From Fibrobacterales bacterium (lineage in GTDB: Bacteria; Fibrobacterota; Fibrobacteria; Fibrobacterales; JAOPTW01), in assembly GCA_051532035.1 (NCBI GenBank), contig JAOPTW010000056.1, forward strand, positions 6,571 to 70,570: DNA of 64,000 nt, read 5' to 3'. The notes under the pieces are model-generated. The model was not told the origin of the DNA. It saw nothing but the letters and a program-made list of their open reading frames with translations, and made no database searches. This document shows positions 56,324-64,000 of this stretch, piece by piece. The translations under genes were made by a program, and so were the position numbers. The stretch's first letter is position 1. Each line of letters begins with the position of its first letter.

Positions 56324-56718
56324 AATTTAAACTGTCGCTTGGTTATGCAAAAGTGTGCCAGAATACCATTAAATATACATTTATATTAGTCCCACAGTTG
56401 TTGAAGATACTTGAGAGAGGCTTCATTGCTGTGTAACGTCCTTTATAAACTATAGTATATCAAATAATAATAGTTTGAGCCAGCACATTTGGTATTGCGT
56501 ATACAGTTCAGATTAGAATTTTGGCGGAATTCTAGTCCATTGGGAGAGTGGCAATAAAATCCAAAGGCTTCCGAAGCGAGGAACTCTTTTCGGAATGCAT
56601 CAATAATTAGTATATACAGTATACCAGATAGATTGACTGTGCTGACTCAAGGTTTGAGAAATTCTCCCCGAGCTCGCTGGGTAGGATGGGAGAGATGCGA
56701 GCTCAGGGAAAAAGAGTG

Positions 56719-57795
56719 TTATTCTGCGCTTGTTTCATCTGAAAGTTCGATACGTTCTTCTGCATCAAACATTTCAATATCACTCATAGATTCACGAATT
56801 TTGAGTTCAATATCGGCACGGATATCTTTATTTTCTTTGAGGAACTGGCGAACATTTTCGCGCCCTTGACCAAGTCGTTCACTGCCGAAAGAGAACCAAG
56901 TACCACTGCGTTGTACGATTTCAAGGTCGACAGCCATATCGAGAATTGAGCCCTCTTTAGAGATTCCTTCACCGTAGAGAATGTCAAATTCACACTGGGT
57001 AAAGGGAGCGGCAAGTTTGTTTTTTACTACTTTGACGCGAGTACGGTTACCAGTAACATCTTCGCCGGTTTTGAGAGAGGCAATGCGTCTGATATCGAGG
57101 CGTTGTGATGCATAAAATTTAAGTGCATTACCACCAGTTGTTGTCTCTGGATTACCAAACATAACACCAATTTTCATACGGAGTTGGTTGATAAAAATGA
57201 GTGAGCAGTTTGATTTGGCGATGATGCCTGTGAGTTTTCTGAGTGCTTGCGACATGAGTCGTGCTTGAAGACCCATGTGTGAGTCACCCATTTCACCATC
57301 AATCTCGGCTTGTGGTACAAGAGCGGCAACTGAGTCCACTACAATGATATCCACAGCACCTGATCGAACGAGTGTTTCAGTGATATCAAGTGCTTGTTCA
57401 CCTGATTCTGGTTGAGACACGAGAAGGTTTTCAATATCAACACCGAGTTTACGTGCATAGTTTGCGTCAAAAGCGTGTTCTGCATCGATAAATGCCGCAA
57501 CACCATTCTGCTTTTGAGCTTCGGCTACTGCATGAATAGCGAGTGTTGTTTTACCTGAAGATTCAGGTCCATAAATTTCGATGATTCTCCCTTTTGGGAA
57601 TCCACCACATCCGAGAGCTGCATCAAGTTGAATACAACCAGTTGATATGACGGGGATCTCAACTGCGGCACCTTCGCCGAGTTTCATAATAGATCCTTTA
57701 CCGTGGGATTTTTCAATTTGTGCCATTGCGGCTTCTACAGCTTTAAGTTTATCTGTAGGTACGTCTAATGTTTTACTTGCTTTTTTCTTTGCCAT
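56719..57795 (-). CDS. recA: recombinase RecA
   Basis: [11 protein letters not shown] Walker [10 protein letters not shown] and [30 protein letters not shown]. Confidence 0.97.
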   Translation of the reverse strand: MAKKKASKTLDVPTDKLKAVEAAMAQIEKSHGKGSIMKLGEGAAVEIPVISTGCIQLDAALGCGGFPKGRIIEIYGPESSGKTTLAIHAVAEAQKQNGVAAFIDAEHAFDANYARKLGVDIENLLVSQPESGEQALDITETLVRSGAVDIIVVDSVAALVPQAEIDGEMGDSHMGLQARLMSQALRKLTGIIAKSNCSLIFINQLRMKIGVMFGNPETTTGGNALKFYASQRLDIRRIASLKTGEDVTGNRTRVKVVKNKLAAPFTQCEFDILYGEGISKEGSILDMAVDLEIVQRSGTWFSFGSERLGQGRENVRQFLKENKDIRADIELKIRESMSDIEMFDAEERIELSDETSAE

Positions 57796-57836
57796 GTGAT
57801 CCTCGCTTGTTTAATATCTAATGTAATAACTAGTGC

Positions 57837-59105
57837 TCAAGTGTGCAAGTGCATATTTGAGTAGTTCTTAACTTTTTTTCTGAGTTCGTTTAACAAGTAA
57901 AAAGATACTTTATCTCTCAGACAGTTTCTGTCACCCCTAAAATTTTGTTTAAAAACGTTTACACCATTAGGGTGGGCAATGGCCATCCATACAAGGCCAA
58001 CAGGTTTTTCTGGTGTGCCTCCATCGGGGCCGGCTATGCCACTTACTGCTACAGCAAAATCACTCGATGTTCTCTTTTTACAGCCGAGTGCCATTTCTCG
58101 TACAACTTCACTACTTACTGCACCATGCTGTTCTAGGGTTTCTGGTAAAACACCGACCAGTGTACTCTTTAGTTGGTTTGAATAGGTCACGAATCCGCCA
58201 GAATAGTACTGAGAGCTTCCTGGTAATGCAGTAAGAAGGCCGCCAATGATACCTCCGGTACATGATTCTACTGTAGAGATGGTTACGGAATTTTCAATAC
58301 AGTCTTTTTGAAGAGTCGTGAGTAGTGATGAGCCATCGAGTGAAATGATTTCATCGCCAAAACCTTTCTCAATAAAGAGCGCAATAATCTCGTCCATTGC
58401 AGTGTCTACAATGGGAGCAACCTCTGCAAGTGGACCACTCATAGTTAAGGAGAGGCGAAGCCCATCGAGTTCTGGAAGACTTGAAAATTCGACACCTATT
58501 GGTAGAACGACGGATTCGAGGAGCGCGGTTTGTACTCCTTCGCCAATATTTAAACTCAGAATCTGTCGGTTGTAGATCTCATCCATGTGCTCAGTTGTTA
58601 GTAGGGGAAGTATTTCGTTGCGTACCATTGGAATGACTTCATGGGGAACACCAGGGCCAACAGATATACAGGTGTTCCTATGGGTTACAGAGAAGCCGAG
58701 TGCGGTACCATGGGGATTGGCAAGTAGTGTTGCCCCCTGAGGAAAGAGCGTTTGGATTGTTTGGTTGGGAAGTACGGGTCGGTTCATTCGACTAAAGCAC
58801 TCTTCAACATGGGTTACTGCATCGGGTAATTGGACAAGTTCTTTGTTAAGGTACCGTGCAATATAAATTCGTGTTTGATCATCTGGAGTGGGGCCTAGGC
58901 CTCCGGTAACAATGATAGCATCTGATGATCTACAGTAGTCGAGTGCGCTATGAAGGGCTGCTTCGTTATCGGGGATAATAAGAGAGTGGGAAATATGTAT
59001 CCCGTGAGCAGTCACCAACCGTGCAATAGTATGTGTGTTTGTGTCTTGAATTTTTCCATTCAAGAGCTCGGTGCCAATGGCAATAATGGAGAGAGTTTGT
59101 ATCAT
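57837..59105 (-). CDS. cinA: CinA (competence/damage-inducible protein A; MoCF-binding + PncC-like NMN deamidase domains)
   Basis: Start taken at ATG 59105 (MIQTLSIIAIGTELLNGKIQDTN). C-terminal ESCTGG motif. Sits immediately upstream of recA. Confidence 0.85.
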   Translation of the reverse strand: MIQTLSIIAIGTELLNGKIQDTNTHTIARLVTAHGIHISHSLIIPDNEAALHSALDYCRSSDAIIVTGGLGPTPDDQTRIYIARYLNKELVQLPDAVTHVEECFSRMNRPVLPNQTIQTLFPQGATLLANPHGTALGFSVTHRNTCISVGPGVPHEVIPMVRNEILPLLTTEHMDEIYNRQILSLNIGEGVQTALLESVVLPIGVEFSSLPELDGLRLSLTMSGPLAEVAPIVDTAMDEIIALFIEKGFGDEIISLDGSSLLTTLQKDCIENSVTISTVESCTGGIIGGLLTALPGSSQYYSGGFVTYSNQLKSTLVGVLPETLEQHGAVSSEVVREMALGCKKRTSSDFAVAVSGIAGPDGGTPEKPVGLVWMAIAHPNGVNVFKQNFRGDRNCLRDKVSFYLLNELRKKVKNYSNMHLHT

Positions 59106-59200
59106 AGTACAAATGTAGTTTTTTATTGCATTGGATACCACCACACCTATTTATGTGAAATTAATAAGTAAATTGAGTTCAATTTTGTATCTTTTTGCCC

Positions 59201-60166
59201 ATGAAATCGATACTACTGTTACTCCTTCTCCTTCTTGGCACAACTCCTCTTTTCTCAAATACTGATGAGGAAAACCTTGAGCTCAATAAATCCGGGATCG
59301 AAGCAATTGACACATTACCCGCATTTGATTGGGATATTAAAACAGATCATGATAATTTTTGGCTTGGTATGGGGCTATCACTCTTTCCGGGTGGGGGGCA
59401 CTATTACACTGAGCACTATGTACATGGTGGGTTTATCACTGGTATTACATTGGGGCTTGGTTTTGATATTTGGGTGAGTAAAAAGTATCAAGCTAAAAAA
59501 CAAGAGGAGCGTATTGCTCTCATTAAAGAGAAGTTATATTCCCTTGATACCCTCATAAAAAAAGATCCAGAGGCAAATTCAGTGAATATCGGCATCAGAA
59601 CGACAACGCTGAATGAACTCCGTAAAGAAAATGATAATCGGATAAAATTACAAGATCAGCGTAATTGCGAAATAGCTTGGTTTACCGGCATGTACCTCTA
59701 TAGTATTATGGATGCTTATGAGACTCTAAAAAATAATGAGAGTCGGAGCTTTGAGAAAAAAGAACCGTTAACTGCTGCGTGGAAGGCTGCACTGGTACCC
59801 GGATGGGGTCAGATATATAATGGAGCTTATGGAAAAGCTGGTCTGCTCTATATGGCGTTTCTTGGTTCTTATGTATCCTATAATTCGAGTCAAAGTGTAG
59901 TGCGCTATTTCTTAAAGCGAAAACAGACTGCCGAACAAGAGGGGGCTGTTGATTTGGAAGATATAAAATCTCAGCTTACCAATGAGCGAAAGGCCCGAAA
60001 TAAATATATCTGGGGGTTTGTAATCTTTTATGTCTATTCTATTGCCGATGCTGTGGTTGATGCGACCTTATCAGATTTTGATAGCCCTGTTAATCTTTCG
60101 TTGGCGCCTAATAAAGACCCTAATGAGCTCCTTATTCCAGAAGTACAGATTACCTGGGATTTTTAA
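59201..60166 (+). CDS. DUF5683-like membrane-associated protein
   Basis: Signal/anchor MKSILLLLLLLLG. Two PG.G..Y motifs (LFPGGGHYYTEHY, LVPGWGQIYNGAYGKAG), as in DUF5683 proteins. Confidence 0.4.
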   Translation: MKSILLLLLLLLGTTPLFSNTDEENLELNKSGIEAIDTLPAFDWDIKTDHDNFWLGMGLSLFPGGGHYYTEHYVHGGFITGITLGLGFDIWVSKKYQAKKQEERIALIKEKLYSLDTLIKKDPEANSVNIGIRTTTLNELRKENDNRIKLQDQRNCEIAWFTGMYLYSIMDAYETLKNNESRSFEKKEPLTAAWKAALVPGWGQIYNGAYGKAGLLYMAFLGSYVSYNSSQSVVRYFLKRKQTAEQEGAVDLEDIKSQLTNERKARNKYIWGFVIFYVYSIADAVVDATLSDFDSPVNLSLAPNKDPNELLIPEVQITWDF

Positions 60167-60167
60167 T

Positions 60168-60770
60168 CTACGACCGTCGTGTTGGTAGGTTATGCTCTTT
60201 TAAAATCCCTTTCATTTCTGAAAGTCGATAAATGATATCAATCACTCTCTCTGATATAACTCCCAAAACAAACCACATTGGTGCAATAGCAAAGCTGGTG
60301 TAAGTAAAAATGGTGAGAGGGCCATCTGCATAGTACCAGATTGACCAACCAGTGAGCCAGAAGAGGATCCAGCCGGTGATGCATTCCATAGCGAGAATAA
60401 TACACATATAAATGAGCCCGCGTACAAACCAGTTGAGTGAGTTTTTAATGCGGGCATACATGGGTTCGAGACCAAAAACGAAAATGGATGCATATACAAA
60501 AAACATCCAGAGTGATGCCTGACCATAAAAAGTGGTAATGGGAACATCCCATATGTGGTTCAAGTCGAGTATCGGGTCGACCCGCCAGCTGTAATTAAAA
60601 AACCAACTGATCCAATCAGGAAGAGATCGCCCTATTTTACTGATAGTATAAAAAGAGACTTCGCCGGCCAACATGAGCGCACCATATATACAGTAACGAA
60701 TGACAGCTCTCCGTATGGATTTTACGAGTGCATGTTTATATATGCGCATGACTGAGGACGAAAGTGACAT
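60168..60770 (-). CDS. polytopic membrane protein of unknown function
   Basis: 200 aa with about 5-6 hydrophobic segments and a Trp-rich motif GWSIWYYADGP. Confidence 0.4.
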   Translation of the reverse strand: MSLSSSVMRIYKHALVKSIRRAVIRYCIYGALMLAGEVSFYTISKIGRSLPDWISWFFNYSWRVDPILDLNHIWDVPITTFYGQASLWMFFVYASIFVFGLEPMYARIKNSLNWFVRGLIYMCIILAMECITGWILFWLTGWSIWYYADGPLTIFTYTSFAIAPMWFVLGVISERVIDIIYRLSEMKGILKEHNLPTRRS

Positions 60771-60835
60771 AGACGCTCCAATATGTTTGGTGGTTTTCAG
60801 TATACTGGTATTTTATGAAAAATACTATAACTCAG

Positions 60836-61690
60836 TTATTTGGAGTAGTGTGCAGTTGTTATTTCGTAGAGGGCGATACCTACAATGATAACTGCTCCGT
60901 AATAGAAGTAAAGAGGAGGGAATTCTGAAAAACAGAAGGCAGCCAGGAGTGGTCCATACACCACTTGTAAGCTACTGAGGATAGAAATGGTAGCGGGAGT
61001 AAAACTTTTGAGAGAGTAGACAAGAAGTCCATGAGAACCAAGAGTAAAAAATGTAGCGAGTATGGTAAGTAGCCCTAATTGCTCGAATGATGGTATTATA
61101 AATGGTGAGTTATTGAATGGGAGTGTCAGAGTGAGTGCAACAGAGGCAATGATAATGTGGTAGCCCATGGTGGTAATGGTAGAGGTGGAATTGAGGTACT
61201 TCTTGGTCAACATGTTTCGTAATGAAAAAAAGACCGCAGAAAGTACGCCAATAAGAACACCGAGTGTTATTTCATTTTCTAGAGATAGCTCAGGTACGAG
61301 AAAAAATACACCAGTAAGTATTCCACATGCTCCGATGATTTGTCTTTTACTGAGGGGTGTTTTGAAAAAGAACGGCTCAAGTAGAACCGTTATAAGGGGA
61401 TAAGTGAAGAGGGAGAGTATGCCTATTGCGACGGTTGAAAACTGTATGGATGCGAAAAAGGTCCACCAATGAAAACCCATGAGTGAGCCGGTGAGTACAA
61501 TCCATTTACGTTGACCAGAAGGAATGGCCAGCTTTTTTACACGCCATAATATGAGGAGTGAAGCGATAGCACCAATAAAACAGCGCCACCAGATAAGCAT
61601 ACCTGCAGGCATGTCGATGCCTTTGGCAAAGAGAGCGGGTACACTCAAGAGAATGAGGGCACTATGCAAAATGATTGTTTGTTTGCGCAT
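60836..61690 (-). CDS. EamA/DMT-family transporter
   Basis: 284 aa with about 10 TM segments in two similar halves. Confidence 0.65.
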   Translation of the reverse strand: MRKQTIILHSALILLSVPALFAKGIDMPAGMLIWWRCFIGAIASLLILWRVKKLAIPSGQRKWIVLTGSLMGFHWWTFFASIQFSTVAIGILSLFTYPLITVLLEPFFFKTPLSKRQIIGACGILTGVFFLVPELSLENEITLGVLIGVLSAVFFSLRNMLTKKYLNSTSTITTMGYHIIIASVALTLTLPFNNSPFIIPSFEQLGLLTILATFFTLGSHGLLVYSLKSFTPATISILSSLQVVYGPLLAAFCFSEFPPLYFYYGAVIIVGIALYEITTAHYSK

Positions 61691-61768
61691 GTACTCAAAG
61701 ATAACAAAAAAGAGACACTTGATTTTAAGGGTCTCTTTAAAAAATTATTTTGGTTGTGTATTTACGTA

Positions 61769-63016
61769 TCAGAGATCAAGCTCGTTGTCTATAACGACAA
61801 CATTTTTACCTTGATTCTTTGCTTCGTATAACATTTGATCGGCATGGTTGATCATTTTTTCTACGGTCTCTTTTCGTTTTACACAGACGCCGATACTGAT
61901 GGTTATCTTGAGATTATTCTCTTGAGTAACAATTGTGGTAGACTCCACTTCTTGCCTAAAGAGTTCGAGTTCTATAAGTGGTTCAAAGTCACTGGTGTCA
62001 TAAAAAAAGATACAGAGTTCATCTCCGCCAAACCTACAGATAATAGCACCTTTGGTGAACCGTCTTTTAAGGCCCTCAGCAAGTGATATAATAACGGCAT
62101 CGCCATCAAGATGACCATAGGTGTCATTGATTGATTTAAATGAGTCAATGTCAAACATGGCGACAGCAATATCATTTTGGGTACTTTCAAAGTATTGCTT
62201 TGATTCTGTAAAGAGAAACCTTCTGTTGTAGAGTCCCGTTAAATAGTCGGTATCCGACGCATGTTGAATCTCTTTGATGTGTTCGATAGTCTCAATATTT
62301 TGATTAATACGACAGTAAAATTCATCATTAAGATAAGGTTTAGGGATAAAATCGTTGGCACCGCTTTTTATAAATTGGGCAGACATTCCCCGAGATGAAT
62401 CAGAGGTCATACCAATGATAGCTAGTTTATCTTTAGGGTATTTTCTTCTCACCTTTTGAATAAGTTCCAGACCATTCATGTTGGGCATTTTATAGTCGGT
62501 TAAGAGAAGTCTAATATCGGGATTCTCTCTGAGTACCCTGATGGCAGTTTCTCCATCCTCTGCTAAAAAGACAGAGTAGAGATGGTTTTTAAGAAGCTTT
62601 GAAGCTACATTGCGTGTGAGCTCAGAGTCGTCGCAAATGAGTACTTTGGTGGTGATGTTTTTTTCAAGCCGCTTGAGAAGGGTTATAATATAGCCAATAT
62701 TGTCAGGGTTATCTTTAATAACATAATCGATAATGGGTTTTTTCCAGAGTTCTATTTGGAGTTTATCACTATAACTGGAGGTGAATACAATCGTAGGTAT
62801 TTTTTGAGAAAGGGTAAAATCAACTGATTCACCAGACTCCGCATCTTCAATTACCATTGGGACAATTGCAGCAAGAAATTTCTGAGTGGCTAAGACGGTT
62901 TGGGCATCAGCCAAAGAGAAGCAACACACCGTTTTGAAATGAGTATGTTTCTCTATCTCTCGACTTATGAGTTCTGCAAGAGTTTTGCTATTTTGCAAAA
63001 TTAAAATAGTTTGCAT
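61769..63016 (-). CDS. response regulator diguanylate cyclase (degenerate REC + canonical REC + GGDEF domain with GGDEL motif)
   Basis: The second REC has DD...LLLTDYKMPNMNG...KP. GGDEF domain: DYLTGLYNRR...FDIDSFKSINDTYGH..GD...RFGGDELCIFF. Confidence 0.8.
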   Translation of the reverse strand: MQTILILQNSKTLAELISREIEKHTHFKTVCCFSLADAQTVLATQKFLAAIVPMVIEDAESGESVDFTLSQKIPTIVFTSSYSDKLQIELWKKPIIDYVIKDNPDNIGYIITLLKRLEKNITTKVLICDDSELTRNVASKLLKNHLYSVFLAEDGETAIRVLRENPDIRLLLTDYKMPNMNGLELIQKVRRKYPKDKLAIIGMTSDSSRGMSAQFIKSGANDFIPKPYLNDEFYCRINQNIETIEHIKEIQHASDTDYLTGLYNRRFLFTESKQYFESTQNDIAVAMFDIDSFKSINDTYGHLDGDAVIISLAEGLKRRFTKGAIICRFGGDELCIFFYDTSDFEPLIELELFRQEVESTTIVTQENNLKITISIGVCVKRKETVEKMINHADQMLYEAKNQGKNVVVIDNELDL

Positions 63017-63154
63017 TGTTGCTCAAAGGGTTGAATCACTATAGTATCCTAATTTTTACCAGGAGGTGCAAGATAAATACTCTGTAATAGAGTGGGGGTA
63101 AGAGTAAAAATGAGCCAATGCATATAAACCGGCCCAATCAACGAATACAATGAA

Positions 63155-63940
63155 TTAAAGAGATTCTAAAAAGGAACTGACTGAGATGACGCTTTTTTGA
63201 AGCTCATCTGATTGAGGAACATGGCCTGAACCATCAAAATAATCAGACGACCAGTTGTGAAGCAGAGTCGTGATCCATTCAATATTACTGTGGCTCAATA
63301 TACCACCAAGTTCTTGATTGCCGTAAATAAGATGCACTGGGCACGTGATTGCTGAAAGTACTTCCTCGCGGTGCACTCCTTCGACAAAATCAGGCCCAAT
63401 ATCGAGTACTTTAGCATCAAGGCGGGCAAGAGATTTTGCTTTCATGCGTGCAGCGGCACTATGCTCCTTGAATGCCCTATAAATTATCTCTTTATTGTCA
63501 AACTCTTCTGCAAGTAGTTTCCAGCTCGCAAAGGTTTCTTTCCACCACTTTTGTTCTAATATCTCGGGAAATAGAACGGGCTCAATTGCACAAACTGACT
63601 TAACAAGATTGGGGTAGAGTGAAGCTATGTTGAGTGAGACTAACCCACCAAGAGAGTGTCCAATAAGAGTGACGTGCTCTGCTTTTAGTGTTTTAATGAA
63701 AGCAATAACATCACTGGTGTAATCGGCTACTGTATAACTTGCTGCACGAAATGAGGTACCATGACCACGGAAAGAGAGAGCATAGACTTTGTGATTAAAG
63801 GTGAGAGGGCTAAATAGAGGTATATTTTCCTGCCATCTACTCGTAATACCATGTAATATAATTACAGTTGAGCCGTTATCTGGGCCTTCGGCATATTCGA
63901 GGGAAATTGAGTCAGTAGAAAAATAGCGACGCGTGAGCAT
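63155..63940 (-). CDS. alpha/beta-fold hydrolase
   Basis: HG-oxyanion region ILHGITS, nucleophile elbow LIGHSLGG and C-terminal GSGHVP. Confidence 0.7.
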   Translation of the reverse strand: MLTRRYFSTDSISLEYAEGPDNGSTVIILHGITSRWQENIPLFSPLTFNHKVYALSFRGHGTSFRAASYTVADYTSDVIAFIKTLKAEHVTLIGHSLGGLVSLNIASLYPNLVKSVCAIEPVLFPEILEQKWWKETFASWKLLAEEFDNKEIIYRAFKEHSAAARMKAKSLARLDAKVLDIGPDFVEGVHREEVLSAITCPVHLIYGNQELGGILSHSNIEWITTLLHNWSSDYFDGSGHVPQSDELQKSVISVSSFLESL

Positions 63941-64000
63941 AACATCCTTTATAGGTAGAGTGAGTAATGAATAGCCTCAGTATACTATTTTTTGAATATT

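Noticed and set aside
56611-56630. ATACAGTA near recA, resembling the right half of an E. coli-type SOS box (CTGT-N8-ACAG)
   Set aside because: Only one half-site is present. It lies downstream of recA rather than in a promoter, and no CTGT occurs at the required spacing. The cinA-recA upstream regions show no LexA-like palindrome.
56633-56869. 78-aa plus-strand ORF spanning the recA 3' end and its terminator
   Set aside because: It overlaps recA in antisense and the terminator hairpin, has no RBS, and has Ser/Arg-rich shadow composition.

Overview
AT-rich (about 40% GC by eye, not computed) bacterial chromosomal window, densely coded on both strands. Most genes have Shine-Dalgarno sites. 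Several families suggest the FCB superphylum: DUF3098-like, DUF5683-like, L31 type B, Ser-linker lipoproteins and a multidomain GH9. The taxon cannot be fixed from the sequence alone. Most of the window is housekeeping: aroK-aroB fusion, aroE, hflX, guaA, pepA, rpmE, prfC, glgB, phoH, pgpH-like, aspS, yicC, a MiaB/MtaB-family enzyme, prfB with its classical +1 frameshift, lysS, recA, cinA, two tRNA-Asp and one tRNA-Val. Accessory-looking parts are: (1) an MCP-MCP-cheW cluster, where one receptor has two perfect CZB zinc motifs in its predicted periplasmic domain; (2) a 1339-aa GH9 enzyme divergent from an ABC ATPase, an atypical 462-aa permease and three Ser-linker lipoproteins, two of which are tandem paralogs with an internally duplicated unassigned module; (3) a 1552-aa vWA surface protein that shares a C-terminal module with the GH9; (4) a Braun-lipoprotein-like coiled-coil lipoprotein ending in RK, in an operon with a LysM coiled-coil protein and next to murU/amgK-like genes. 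I saw no CRISPR array, IS element, integrase, phage block or recognisable defence system. The most unusual non-coding signals are a cluster of GC-rich mini-palindromes after cheW and an orphan terminator plus a perfect TGTGA-N6-TCACA palindrome in the GH9/ABC spacer. A tRNA-Val also overlaps the 3' end of a CDS, and TAnnTTTG recurs upstream of several genes. No single finding amounts to a clear new multi-gene system. The GH9/ABC/lipoprotein locus and the Lpp-like module are the best candidates. All functional calls come from motif recognition by eye and need HMM or BLAST confirmation.
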